A stretch of 64,000 nucleotides of DNA from Vulcanimicrobiota bacterium (lineage in GTDB: Bacteria; Vulcanimicrobiota; Vulcanimicrobiia; Vulcanimicrobiales; Vulcanimicrobiaceae), in the NCBI GenBank assembly GCA_963723515.1, contig CAVRQT010000002.1, positions 320,001 to 384,000 of the forward strand. Direction: 5' to 3'. Of the stretch, positions 43,561 to 54,017 are shown piece by piece; positions within the stretch are counted from its first letter, which is position 1, and every line of letters starts with the position of its first letter. The notes beneath the pieces were generated by a model. That model did not search any database, was not told where the DNA came from, and saw only the letters and a program-made list of their open reading frames with translations. The translations under genes and the position numbers were made by a program.

Positions 43561-43638
43561 AGTCACGATTCGCGAATCCGCCACGCCCGAGCATAAAACG
43601 CTCGGACAACACGTTCTTATTCGGTTAAGGAGAAGTCG

Positions 43639-44073
43639 ATGCGTTTGTTACGTTGGATGGTCACCGCGAGCACGATGCTGGCGGTAACCGGTACGGCATT
43701 TGCCGTGCCGAATGCGATGCATGCAATGCATAACGCGATGTCTTCGAAAGTTCTGAACATCAATATGGGTCCGCAGAACGGTTCGAAGCAGAATGGAACT
43801 GCAAGCATCAAAGACGTCAGCGGCGGCGTCGCCGTCAAGGTTAGCGTCTTCAATGAACCCAAAGGTGCGTCCGAGCCGGCGCACATCCACCAAGGAACTT
43901 GCAAGAACCTCAATCCCGCGCCGTACAAGCCGCTCTCGAACGTCGTGCATGGCACGTCGGTGACGACAGTTAAGGGCGTCAGCGTTGCGAGCCTCAAGAA
44001 GGCGCACTACGCGATCAACGTCCACGAGTCAGCCGCAAACTTGAAGAAATACGTTTCTTGCGGCGACATTTAG
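43639..44073 (+). CDS. Secreted CHRD/Cu-Zn SOD-like fold protein
   Basis: Signal peptide, EPAHIHQGTC, AINVHES, VSCGDI; RBS AAGGAG. Confidence 0.7.
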   Translation: MRLLRWMVTASTMLAVTGTAFAVPNAMHAMHNAMSSKVLNINMGPQNGSKQNGTASIKDVSGGVAVKVSVFNEPKGASEPAHIHQGTCKNLNPAPYKPLSNVVHGTSVTTVKGVSVASLKKAHYAINVHESAANLKKYVSCGDI

Positions 44074-44146
44074 AGCCGGTTTAACGGAAAACGCCGAAGA
44101 GGCATCGCGACCTGCGATGTCTCTTCTGCTTTAAGGAGCCACGGTG

Positions 44147-44716
44147 ATGACCGAGGATCGCATTTCGCGCTTTGGCGAGCCGGATGAGGCGTCGCTGCCG
44201 TCCGACATCAAGGAAATCTACGAAAAAAATTGCGCCAAGATCGGCTTCGTTCCGAATGTCTTTCGCGCGTACGCCAAACGGCCCGACCATTTTCGCGCCT
44301 TCATGGCATACCACGATGTGCTGATGAAAGGTCCGGGCGGCCTCAGCCGTGTCGAGCGTGAGGCGATCGTGGTCGCGGTTTCAGCCGAGAACCTCTGTCA
44401 GTATTGCGTGACGGCGCACGGCGCCGCGCTGAGGATTCTGGGAAAGGATCCGATCGTGGCCGATCAGATTGCGATCAACTGGCGAACCGCGGACCTGACA
44501 CCGCGGCTGCGCGCGATTTTGGAGTTTGCCTCCGCGGTGAACGAGCCCGGCTTCTTCGCAACCGATGCCGACATCGCGCAACTGCATGCGCAGGGATTCA
44601 GTGGCGACGACATCTGGGACATCGCCGCAATCGCGGCGTTCTTCGGATTTTCGAATCGCATGGCCGGGATGATGGATTTACGCCCGAACGCCGAGTTCTA
44701 TTCGATGGGCCGCTGA
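44147..44716 (+). CDS. Peroxidase-related enzyme (AhpD/CMD family)
   Basis: GFVPNVF, EREAIVVAVS.EN.CQYC..AH, SNRMA. Confidence 0.9.
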   Translation: MTEDRISRFGEPDEASLPSDIKEIYEKNCAKIGFVPNVFRAYAKRPDHFRAFMAYHDVLMKGPGGLSRVEREAIVVAVSAENLCQYCVTAHGAALRILGKDPIVADQIAINWRTADLTPRLRAILEFASAVNEPGFFATDADIAQLHAQGFSGDDIWDIAAIAAFFGFSNRMAGMMDLRPNAEFYSMGR

Positions 44717-44725
44717 ACGACACGC

Positions 44726-45695
44726 TTAGGAAAGCAGTGAAGCGAAGCGAGCCGTGTCGATGTTGCCGCCGCTGATGATGACGCCAACCCGCTTGTGCGC
44801 ACCGGGAATCTTATGCTCCAAGGTCGCGGCTAGAGCTGCCGCGCCGCTTGGCTCGACGACCAACTTCAAGCGTTCGAACGCAAAGCGCATCGCCGATTTT
44901 AATTGCTCGTCGCTGACCGTCACGATTTGACAGTGATGGCGCTGCGCCAGTTCCAATGTCAACTCACCGGGTGCTTGCGTTTGCATGCCGTCCGCGATAG
45001 TTTGCGGCACCGGGATCGTAATTCGCATGCCGGTCTCGAGTGAACGCGCGAAATCATCGCCCGCTTCCGGTTCCACGCCATACATGTCAATTGAAGCGCT
45101 GACGCCGTGTGCCGCAACGGCGGTGCCCGAAAGTAAACCGCCGCCGCCGGTGGGCACGACGATCGCGTCCAGTTCTCCAACGTCTTCAAGCAACTCCAAT
45201 GCGGCAGTGCCCTGGCCGGCGATGATACGGGCGTCATCGAACGGCGGAATGACCGTTGCGCCGCGCTGCTCCGCCAACTCTCGGGCAATCGTTTCACGGT
45301 TGCCGGCGCGGCGGTCATAGAAAATGACCTCGCCGCCGTAGCCGCGCGTAGCCGCAACCTTATTCGGCGGTGCATCGCTCGGCATCACGATCGTCGCTTG
45401 AACGCCAAGGAGTCGCGACGCTAGCGCGACGGCGGCCGCGTGGTTGCCGCTCGAAAATGCAACGACGCCGCGACTTGCCTCATCGTCGCTCAACTGCGAA
45501 AGGCGGTTGTACGCACCGCGAATCTTGAAGGACCCGGCGCGTTGCAGATTCTCGCATTTCAAGAAAACCTGCGCGCCGGCAGCCGTATCAAGCTCTTCCG
45601 ATGTCAATACCGCCGTGCGATGCGCGATGCCGCGCAGACGCTGCGCGGCTTGGCGCACATCGTCGAAGCGAGACCGCTGCGGCGACGCTCGCCAC
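44726..45695 (-). CDS. PLP-dependent serine/threonine dehydratase family (threo-3-hydroxyaspartate ammonia-lyase-like); apparent indel near the start
   Basis: KCENLQRAGSFKIRG, SSGNHA, GGGGL, ISGGN; removing one base gives MASVAAAVSFDDV from GTG 45695. Confidence 0.9.
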
Positions 45696-46087
45696 TACGG
45701 GCTTGGACTTGTTGCTGCGCTCGGATACTGCATGTGAATCGTCCACTGGCGAACTTTCCCGTCGTCGTCCAGAACCATCATCTCGCTGTACATGTGTTTG
45801 TCGAACTTCGCGTTGAAGGTATGCGCGTTCGGCCCTTCATTTTGAACCTGCACCTCTTGCACGCCTTGGAACTTGCCCTGCGAATTCAACTCGTCCGAGA
45901 GTCGCGCGACCGCAACGCGCCTAACCGTCACCTTCGCCTGCGAATCGAAGTCGTCGAGTACAGGCGCCATGTTGTTCGCGATCACCGCATTCGTAATCTT
46001 ATCCGCTTCGCGTTCGTACCGGTTCTTCGTCGAACAGCCGCCCAGCACGATCGCCACCGAAGTGATTATCACCAGAAAACGTTTCAT
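45695..46087 (-). CDS. Small lipoprotein of unknown function
   Basis: MKRFLVIITSVAIVLGGC lipobox; RBS GGAGGA. Confidence 0.75.
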   Translation of the reverse strand: MKRFLVIITSVAIVLGGCSTKNRYEREADKITNAVIANNMAPVLDDFDSQAKVTVRRVAVARLSDELNSQGKFQGVQEVQVQNEGPNAHTFNAKFDKHMYSEMMVLDDDGKVRQWTIHMQYPSAATSPSP

Positions 46088-46135
46088 CTCGTCCTCCCCG
46101 ACGCCAATACCGCAGCCCTTTGAAAAATGTTGCGT

Positions 46136-46603
46136 TTACTGCAGATTCGAGCGTTTGTACGTCCGCAACTCGGCCGCCTTGCTCTGCCGCACGAAAATCA
46201 ATTCGTCGTCGTACGAAAAGAAATGCGTTTCCGGCGGAATGTGAAAGCGGTCCTTGCCGCGCGTCACGATCGCATCGTTCGTGCGGACTTCAAGCGTGCA
46301 ATTCCGGTACTGCAGTACGGAACCCGGCGAGATTTCTTGTGCACTCGCGGGCAGATGCGCGTGCAACCCCGATGTCGCGGGCGCCCGCCAAACGTTCTGC
46401 TGCAGCCAGCATTCCGGCAATGCGGAAAGCGCCCAGGGAGCATCGGCTCCGAAGGGCCCCGGATGCAAATTCGAGCGCGGCTGCTTGCGGCCGATCGTCG
46501 GTGGACCATGCGCTTGCACCGCGCGCATTTGCAACTCGTGCATCCGATGCGCGCGCAAAGCGATCACGCCGCCGGCCGTGATCACGATGAACGCGGCGAG
46601 CAA
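46136..46603 (-). CDS. Hypothetical protein with N-terminal membrane anchor
   Basis: 155 aa ORF between co-oriented genes. Confidence 0.55.
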   Translation of the reverse strand: MLAAFIVITAGGVIALRAHRMHELQMRAVQAHGPPTIGRKQPRSNLHPGPFGADAPWALSALPECWLQQNVWRAPATSGLHAHLPASAQEISPGSVLQYRNCTLEVRTNDAIVTRGKDRFHIPPETHFFSYDDELIFVRQSKAAELRTYKRSNLQ

Positions 46604-46618
46604 GTAATATCGAAGCAG

Positions 46619-47714
46619 TTAGGCTGCGCTCTCGGCGGCTTCTTGCGTCTCCTGACTTTCGCCCAGCGTCAAACGCATCAATCCGATTTGAAAATCCGCC
46701 ATGCCGTAATACACGTCGAACGTTCGCTCGCCTAGATCCGGCCGCGGATCGATTCCCGTTGGAAAGACGACATTCGCGACGACGCCTCTGCGCTCGGCTT
46801 TCGTTTGCGGCATCAAAACCGGATCGGGCGATCGATAGCGCACGATCTGCGGACTCTCGAGATCATGGATCATGATGCCGGCGCTATAGCGAAAATGCGG
46901 CTGGCCGCGCGCGTCGACGACATCAACGCCGTGAAAGAGCGACATCCAGCCCTCCGCGATGCGCACGGGCGGCGTCCCACAGCCCAACTTCAGCGACCCC
47001 CATCGCGGATCAGGCGCCATGACCAAGAGACTCTCCGCAACATCCGTTAACTTGGAGCGATCTTTGAGCAGCGGTTCGAGCGGTATGTATCCCATGCGAA
47101 TCGACTCTCGGTCTTCGTAGGGCATCTTCTCGATTAGCGGAACGGCCGCACGGCCGTCAACTGCGGAAAGATGCAGCATCGGCCGATGGTAAAACGCCAA
47201 CGAAAGCACGCCTTCCGGCGAGCGAACCGGCTCCGGAAAAAATGCGGCGTCCTTATCGTCGCCGACATGCATTCCCGGACGCGTGAACTGCAAGAGCCCG
47301 GCGCGCTTCCATTTCAAACCGTCCTCACTGGTTGCAATCGCGATGCGTGGCCCATCGGGCCCAAACGCGGTGTACGACATCACGTAGCAATCGAGCGCTT
47401 TGATGAACGTTACGCGCGGATCTTCACAACCATAGCCGCCTTGGCGCCGCAACTCGTAGGGAGCTTGCGGCTCGAGCGCATAGCCGTCGTATTTAAAATG
47501 CAGCTCCTCCTTGGGAATACCGCGCACCATGCCGATGCGCGAAATGTTTCCCCGCGCAACCTCGCGCGGATACAGCAGCAGCGTTCCGTCGCGCGACGCG
47601 CGCGCACGCAGGGTTTAAAACGCCTAATTTTTGTTGCGCGTGCCCGTTCGGCGCCAGCACCGTCCCGAGTCGCTCGACGCGAACGTCGAGCTCGGAAATC
47701 AGCTGAGAAACCAC
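46619..47714 (-). CDS. GH130-like glycosidase/glycoside phosphorylase (frameshift near 47600)
   Basis: GVLNPA, LYPR, GCEDPRV, KDAAFFPE, YHRP, NVVFPTG, YYGMAD. Confidence 0.85.
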
Positions 47715-47782
47715 TTAGGCGATGAGTCGCCCCGACACGCAGCCGCCGTTACGACATTGGAAAGCGCGTGGCCTTCGCTTTC

Positions 47783-48217
47783 TCAGCGCAGCACCGTTGA
47801 GGCGATCGGCTCGTCGGAAGGTGTGACAACGTCAATGTGAGATCCGCGACGATAAACTGAAATAGGAACGATCCACAGTGTGAATGTACGATAGGCCGGC
47901 GCGGGATCAGCGCCCGCAACCGGTGCGACTTCAAAAGCAACGATTCTCACCCGGCTCGTGTTCGCACGGATCGACTCGATCACTTGACGCCATCCGACCT
48001 CGTGATGCGGCCCCATCAGTAAGGCAACGCCGAATTCATGATTGAAGCGAACGGGCGCCTTGATGCCAAGGGACTCAAGGTCGGCACGGTTGCGGACCAC
48101 GACGACAGCGTTGGCCCCTGGCGCCTCCGTCGTTCCCTGAGTGTAGGTCTTGACGCGCACTTCCCGGCACCCGGCTAAGATCAGCACTGCCAGGATCGCG
48201 GCCAGCCCTCGATTCAC
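47783..48217 (-). CDS. Lipoprotein with a possible PrcB C-terminal-like domain
   Basis: LILAGC lipobox; ALLMGP..GW..VIESI pattern. Confidence 0.6.
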   Translation of the reverse strand: MNRGLAAILAVLILAGCREVRVKTYTQGTTEAPGANAVVVVRNRADLESLGIKAPVRFNHEFGVALLMGPHHEVGWRQVIESIRANTSRVRIVAFEVAPVAGADPAPAYRTFTLWIVPISVYRRGSHIDVVTPSDEPIASTVLR

Positions 48218-48342
48218 GTTTTCGCCCCTTCGCGCGCCGCGGCGCAGCGCCCCGCGCAAGCCGTAAGGCACCGACTGTCACAGAGTACTTCCGCGAGCCC
48301 TTTTAGAATTAGCCTTCTTACCCTGAGAAGAGGCAACTAGAG

Positions 48343-49053
48343 ATGTTTGCTTACTTTTTTCTCGCAGCTATAACCGCCGCCGCACCGCAGCCCTCGCCAT
48401 CACCAATGCCGCAGCTTAAGGAAATCGGTCACGTTCGCGCGACTGCTTCTTGTGCAGAACTCGCGGTCCATGCGAACAGCGCGATTTCGTCCGCCCTGCG
48501 CAACGATCTGCTGCTCTCGCAGACGATCGGCAAATTGCATGGCGTCAACTTGGACGGCGATCCGATCTCCCGCCGCAACGGGTTGCAAGAATTAGGAGAT
48601 CTCGCCAAGGATCTGCGCGCGCAGGCGGTTTCCGGTGATCGGGAAGTCAAGCGGCTGCGCGACATCGCAGCCAAGTCAAGCGATGCGGAGCAAAAACAGG
48701 AGCTCAAGAAGTTCGCCGACGAGCTTGGCGGCGCACTCTACCGGCAGAAGAAAATCGCGAACGATTTGAACGGCTTGCTGGCCGCCTTTGACTACCACGA
48801 CATGTCGAAGTTGGACGAAACTACCCAGAAAGCGAACGAGTTGACCCTCGGCGTTCCGACGCTGGCGCGTAACGATCCGGAGCAGACGGCTGCGCAAGGA
48901 CCGTTAGGCCGTGTCAACAACATCCCGCTTCCGCCTTCAGATAATCTCCTCGCCGCGAAAGCCGCAAACGATTTCGAAGTGCGCATGGCCGACATTACCA
49001 ACGACGAAGGACAAGCGGCCGAGCACACGACAGGCGCCGTTAGCGGCTGTTAG
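48343..49053 (+). CDS. Secreted hypothetical helical protein
   Basis: 236 aa, signal-like N-terminus, PSPSP linker, two Cys including the terminal residue. Confidence 0.7.
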   Translation: MFAYFFLAAITAAAPQPSPSPMPQLKEIGHVRATASCAELAVHANSAISSALRNDLLLSQTIGKLHGVNLDGDPISRRNGLQELGDLAKDLRAQAVSGDREVKRLRDIAAKSSDAEQKQELKKFADELGGALYRQKKIANDLNGLLAAFDYHDMSKLDETTQKANELTLGVPTLARNDPEQTAAQGPLGRVNNIPLPPSDNLLAAKAANDFEVRMADITNDEGQAAEHTTGAVSGC

Positions 49054-49108
49054 CGCTCCCACAAAACCGCTTGCAGGGGGTCGCACTCCGAGCTAGATTC
49101 TAGTTCTA

Positions 49109-50020
49109 GTGTACCAACTGCGAAGTGCGTGGCGCGTGGCGCTCGTTGCGGCGATCGTCGCATACGCAGGCGTCATCCTCGGAAGTTGGGTTCGAATTAC
49201 CGGCGGCGGAATGAGCTGCCCCGACTGGCCGCTTTGTCACGGATCGCTCCTGCCGTCAATCGGCGCCGGTTCGCTTTGGGAGTGGTCGCATCGGCTCGTC
49301 GCGCTTTTTGAAGCGCCGCTCGTCGTCGCGCTCGCTGCGATGGCGTGGCCGTTGCGTAAGTCCGCGCGACCGATCATGTGGATGCTGGCGCTCGTCGTTG
49401 CGCTCTTTGTGTTTCAGATCTTCCTCGGTGCGGCAACGGTTCATCTCGCAAACTCGCCGCTCTCCGTCGTTTTGCACTGGGGCACGGCGATGGGGTTCTT
49501 GGGCTCGCTCGTTGCGCTGACCGTCTTCATGCGGGCTCCGTCGCTGCTCGAAAGAACCACTCGTGCCGGCCACCTCGTATTCACCACAGCGCTTTGCGCA
49601 ACTGCGCTACTGGCGTTCACAACGATGTGCATCGGCGCATACGTTAGTTCGAGCGGCGCAGGTCTGGCATGCACTTCGCTTCCTGGTTGCGCCGGTGAAG
49701 TCGTCGTCTACGGATCCGGTCAGTTCGTACAGATGGTGCACCGCGTCGCCGCCGGACTTTGCCTCTTCACCGCCTGCGCCACAGTCGCACTCGCTTGGCG
49801 CTACGCTTCGCGCGCCGTGAAGCTGATGACGAGCTTCGGCCTGGCCTTACTCTTCGCGCAGGTGATCCTTGGGTTGCTCAACGTCGCTTGGCGCTTGCCG
49901 GTTTTGGTGCGCGAACTTCATTCAGCGACGGCCGCACTCGCATTCTTAAGTTTTGTCGCTGCACTCGCATTCGTCGCGGCACAAGCGTTCAGCGCGGAGC
50001 CCAAGAGCGCGGCCGCATGA
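49109..50020 (+). CDS. ctaA: Heme A synthase (CtaA/COX15, cysteine-containing type)
   Basis: GMSCPDWPLC, EWSHR, GLAC..LPGC, QMVHR, ELH. Confidence 0.9.
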   Translation: MYQLRSAWRVALVAAIVAYAGVILGSWVRITGGGMSCPDWPLCHGSLLPSIGAGSLWEWSHRLVALFEAPLVVALAAMAWPLRKSARPIMWMLALVVALFVFQIFLGAATVHLANSPLSVVLHWGTAMGFLGSLVALTVFMRAPSLLERTTRAGHLVFTTALCATALLAFTTMCIGAYVSSSGAGLACTSLPGCAGEVVVYGSGQFVQMVHRVAAGLCLFTACATVALAWRYASRAVKLMTSFGLALLFAQVILGLLNVAWRLPVLVRELHSATAALAFLSFVAALAFVAAQAFSAEPKSAAA

Positions 50021-50931
50021 GCAGCGCGCTCTCGCGCGTCGAAGGCGCTCTCCCGTCAACTACAAGCCGCCGTTTAGGCTTCATCAGCGACTTTTACGAA
50101 CTGAGCAAGCCGCGGATCATCACGCTGCTCTTGATCACGACCGCGGCAGCGATGGTGATCGCAGCGCGCGGCGTTCCATCGCTGCGCGTCCTGATCTGTA
50201 CGCTGGCCGGCGGAGCGCTTGCCGCAGCTTCCGCGGGCGCCTTCAATTGCATCGTCGATAGCGACATCGACGGCTTGATGCGCCGTACATGCGCGCGCCC
50301 GATTCCAACGGGCCGCATCTCGATTCAAAACGCCGCCATTTATGCCGTCATCGCGGGCGGCCTGTCATTCGCGATCTTGATTTTGTTCGTCAATCCGCTC
50401 GCGGCATGGCTCTCATTGCTGGGGAACGTCTACTATGTCGTGATCTATACGATGCTGCTAAAGCGCGCGACGCCGCTCAACATCGTGATCGGCGGCGCGG
50501 CGGGCGCGATTCCGCCGCTGGTCGGTTCAGCCGCGGTAACGGGGACGATCACCGGACAAGCACTCGGACTGTTCGCGCTGATATTCTTGTGGACGCCGCC
50601 GCATTTCTGGTCGCTCGCACTCATGACGGAAACCGATTATGCGCGCGCCCGGATTCCGATGCTGCCAAATGTGAGCGGGATCACACGCACGAAGATGGAG
50701 ATCCTCGCGTACAGCATCGTTTTAGTTGCGGCATCGTTGGCGCTGTACGCACTCCATTTCTTCGGGCCGATCTACCTCATTGCCGCAATCGCGCTGGGCG
50801 GCATCTTCATCTTCGACGCAATACGCACGTACTTGACTTCGGACCGGCTTTGGCCGCGCCGTCTCTTCAAATACTCGTTGCTTTATCTCGCTTTGATGTG
50901 CGCGATGATGGTGGTTGACCGCATCGTCTAG
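50017..50931 (+). CDS. ctaB: Protoheme IX farnesyltransferase (heme O synthase)
   Basis: LSKPRI, D.DID..M.RT..RP, YT..LKR, WTPPHFW. Confidence 0.95.
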   Translation: MSSALSRVEGALPSTTSRRLGFISDFYELSKPRIITLLLITTAAAMVIAARGVPSLRVLICTLAGGALAAASAGAFNCIVDSDIDGLMRRTCARPIPTGRISIQNAAIYAVIAGGLSFAILILFVNPLAAWLSLLGNVYYVVIYTMLLKRATPLNIVIGGAAGAIPPLVGSAAVTGTITGQALGLFALIFLWTPPHFWSLALMTETDYARARIPMLPNVSGITRTKMEILAYSIVLVAASLALYALHFFGPIYLIAAIALGGIFIFDAIRTYLTSDRLWPRRLFKYSLLYLALMCAMMVVDRIV

Positions 50932-52264
50932 CACTCTCGTCGGGCATCGGGTTGACCGCTCGCAGCTTGCACTCTTAATCACCTTAGGACTCGGAGTTTT
51001 CACCGGCGCACTTGATTTAGGCGTGCTTGCGCCGGCGTTGCCGGCGCTTTCGCGTTCGCTCTCGATTCCGACGAACGAGCTGGCGTGGATCTACACGATC
51101 TATCTCATCTGCAACGTTGCCGGCATTGCGATCATGAGCATGCTTGCGGATCGCTATGGACGGCGAAGCGTCTACATCGCCTGCATCACAATTTTTGCGG
51201 CGGGCAGCGTTCTTGCGGTGGCTGCGCCGACATTCGCGATCTTCTTGACGGCGCGTGCGATTCAAGCGCTTGGCGCGGGCGGAATCTTTCCGGTTGCAAC
51301 CGCAGCGATCGGCGACGCAGTCCCCGCGCAACGACGCGGCGCCGCGCTGGGTTTGGTCGCTGCAACGTGGGGATTGGCGGCCGTCGTCGGACCGCTCGCC
51401 GGCGGCGCGATCACGCATTTTGTGTCGTGGCGCTGGATCTTCGCGGCGAATTTCCCGCTGGCGATCGTCGTCATCATGCTGGCACGCCGGCACATCGCTG
51501 CGATTGCGGCACATGCGCGTGAAAAACTGGATTGGTTCGGCCTCGTGCTCTTGCTCGCGGCGCTGTGGGGTTTCAGCTTCGGGCTAACGCAGAACATCGG
51601 GCCGTGCATCGCCGGCGGTGCGATCGCCGTTGCACTCTTGATCTTATGGGAACGACGCGAAACTGCGCCGCTGCTCCCCTGGTCGCTCTTTGCGTCGCGA
51701 AATTTGGCGCTCACATACGGCATCGAGCTCCTGATCGGCGTCCTCGAAGGGTCGCTGTTCTTCGTCCCGACCGTTCTCGTTGCGGCGCAGCGCATGAATT
51801 ATGCCGCCGCCGGCTCGATCGCGGCGCTCGGTGCGCTCGTCTTTGTGATCGTGATTGCGCTCGCAGGACGCGCGCTCGACCGCTTCGGCGCTCGAAGCGT
51901 GTTGGTCGTTGGCGCAACGTGCACGGCGCTCGGTTTGGCGGCGTTTGCATTTGCGTTCCACATGTTGGCGCCGTCGATTCTCGCGATCGTCATCGCGGGT
52001 ATCGGTTTTGGCGCGCTGCTCGGAGCGCCGACGCGTTACTTGATTACATCGGAGGCGCCGCAGGAGCGCCGCGCAACCGCACTCGGGCTCTTGAGTCAGT
52101 TCTTGATTTTCGGGCAAATCATCGGCGGTTCGCTGACGGGCGGCTTCGTTAAGCTCGCCGGTGCGCCGTTGCGCGGTTTTCACGACGCCTATGCGTCGTT
52201 CGCAATTATCGGCATCTTTGCAGCACTCTTAACGTTGGGTCTTCGCTCAAACCGTCGCTTATAA
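50915..52264 (+). CDS. MFS transporter (DHA2-like)
   Basis: LADRYGRR motif A, RAIQALGAGG, WRWIF..N.P. Confidence 0.85.
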   Translation: MTASSSTLVGHRVDRSQLALLITLGLGVFTGALDLGVLAPALPALSRSLSIPTNELAWIYTIYLICNVAGIAIMSMLADRYGRRSVYIACITIFAAGSVLAVAAPTFAIFLTARAIQALGAGGIFPVATAAIGDAVPAQRRGAALGLVAATWGLAAVVGPLAGGAITHFVSWRWIFAANFPLAIVVIMLARRHIAAIAAHAREKLDWFGLVLLLAALWGFSFGLTQNIGPCIAGGAIAVALLILWERRETAPLLPWSLFASRNLALTYGIELLIGVLEGSLFFVPTVLVAAQRMNYAAAGSIAALGALVFVIVIALAGRALDRFGARSVLVVGATCTALGLAAFAFAFHMLAPSILAIVIAGIGFGALLGAPTRYLITSEAPQERRATALGLLSQFLIFGQIIGGSLTGGFVKLAGAPLRGFHDAYASFAIIGIFAALLTLGLRSNRRL

Positions 52265-52278
52265 GATTTCGTCACGCA

Positions 52279-53274
52279 TTAGCGCGCGGATAGAATCGCG
52301 CGGCCGATGCGGTAGAACGCCCATCCGAACGCAGCGACGATAACCAAGAATACGGCCAGATCCAAGAGTCCTGAGGATCCCGCTACGCGATCGCCGCAGA
52401 TGGCAACGGCGACACGCGAGAGCGCAAGATCGAGGCGCGCAATTGGGTTGCTGGCGTGCCGATCGATCGCGTTGACTTGCGCAACGATTCCCGCCGGCGA
52501 CCAGCTGGGACCGTCGATCAGGTAGCTGATCCTTCCGGCGCGATCGATGATCGCTGTGCGCTCGCCATGGATGACGTCGCCGGGCGTATCCGGGAATGGC
52601 TGGACACCGAAGCGAGCCTCAAAATCGAAGACTTGATCGGGATCACCCGTGCCGAATGTCCAGCGCGCCGGTTGCGCGCTGAAGAGACGCGCATAGTGCG
52701 CAAGGACCGGCGGTGTATCGTGCTCTGGGTCGACCGAAATTTCGACCAAGTGCGTGTCGCCGGTTGCGAATGCTGTTTGCATCTGCGCGAACTTGGCGGA
52801 GATCAGCGGACATTCGTCGCGGCAACGCGTGTAGATGAATGCGAGCACGACGTTCCGGCCCAAAAAGCTCGCAAAGGAAAACATGCGGCCGTCTTGGTCG
52901 ACAAAGCGCGTCTGCGGCACGCGATCGCCTTCTTGCAAGATCGGCACGCGGCGGATCGCTTTAAATTGCTCGGCGACCGGTTCATGCGCGCTGACGTGCA
53001 CATGTGAGATCGTCCACGGCTGCGTCGAGCGCGTCAGGTCGGCCGAGATCGTGTCCCCGATCCGAAGCGTCGAGATTGCCGATTTCGGTGACACGGAGAA
53101 GACCATCGTCATCCCCGGCATGCCGCCGAACGCGTCGTGCCGAATCACAACCTCTCCACGGGCCGCTAGCAAACTCAAGACGATGCCGCTCAAACGCTCT
53201 GCAGAAAGAGCGGCACGCGTTGAGCTAAGCACGATCGTGGCAATAAGCAAAAGAAGAACGATGAAGGTCCGCAG
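52279..53274 (-). CDS. SCO family copper chaperone with N-terminal CusF-like domain and C-terminal TM helix; start approximate
   Basis: VVIRH..MPGMTMVF (CusF-like), FIYTRCRDECP, SVDPEHDTP, conserved His in VIHGERT. Confidence 0.87.
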   Translation of the reverse strand: MRTFIVLLLLIATIVLSSTRAALSAERLSGIVLSLLAARGEVVIRHDAFGGMPGMTMVFSVSPKSAISTLRIGDTISADLTRSTQPWTISHVHVSAHEPVAEQFKAIRRVPILQEGDRVPQTRFVDQDGRMFSFASFLGRNVVLAFIYTRCRDECPLISAKFAQMQTAFATGDTHLVEISVDPEHDTPPVLAHYARLFSAQPARWTFGTGDPDQVFDFEARFGVQPFPDTPGDVIHGERTAIIDRAGRISYLIDGPSWSPAGIVAQVNAIDRHASNPIARLDLALSRVAVAICGDRVAGSSGLLDLAVFLVIVAAFGWAFYRIGRAILSAR

Positions 53275-53296
53275 CTTCGATTCTCGCGCAGGTCTC

Positions 53297-53841
53297 GTGC
53301 AACGGCCATGGACGGCCGAGGAACGACGCGTCGTTTGGCGTGGACTGATGGGCCGTTTATCGATTGCGGCCGAGCCGCTCTTAGGAACGATCGTCTTTGC
53401 TTTCTTGACGTGGGGCATCATTTGGCGCGCCCAGCATACCGAGCAGTCGATCATCGTGATCGCGCCGGTCTTCGCAATTGGCGCAATTGCTTTCACGCTC
53501 TATGCTATCGCGCTGATGGTCGCGCCGCTACGAGCTTTCCAGCAGACGTTCAAACCGATCTACATCGTCGACGGCTACGTCCGCTATCGCGGTCCGGACG
53601 ATTTCTCGGAGATCGATTCGACCGGGTACGTTGCCGTGCTCTTCGAAGATCAGAGAGTTGCGTGCGAATGGGAAGCGTTCGGACAGAAGCACGTCTGCCG
53701 AACCGCACGATCCCCTCGCTGGCCGAATTCTCGCAATACGGAGGCATCCATACGATCGATGGCCGTCCGACGGGCGTCTTGCCGCTCGGCGGCAAGCCGC
53801 TCAACGTCGGCTTAGCGCCGCGCCGCGCCCGAATAGATTAA
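53297..53841 (+). CDS. Hypothetical two-TM membrane protein (frameshift near 53690)
   Basis: Hydrophobic pair LLGTIVFAFLTWGII and VIAPVFAIGAIAFTLYAIALMV, then a soluble domain finishing in ORF 53308..53841. Confidence 0.6.
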
Positions 53842-54017
53842 CGAAGCGGCATGCGAAGCGTGCGTGCCGCCGGCCATTGGTGGCCGTAGCCGGCCATCTT
53901 TACCGTGAAGCCGCCGATGAAAAAGATCGCCAGTATTCCAATCGCCGTCGAAATCCGAACCGCCATCGGAACGCCGCGAGAGACCGGAACACCGCGTCTA
54001 TCGGTAATGTCGTACAT
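53838..54017 (-). CDS. Small single-TM protein (59 aa)
   Basis: Manual translation MYDITDRRGVPVSRGVPMAVRISTAIGILAIFFIGGFTVKMAGYGHQWPAARTLRMPLR*; its ATG directly abuts the TAA of 54018..54218. Confidence 0.65.
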   Translation of the reverse strand: MYDITDRRGVPVSRGVPMAVRISTAIGILAIFFIGGFTVKMAGYGHQWPAARTLRMPLR

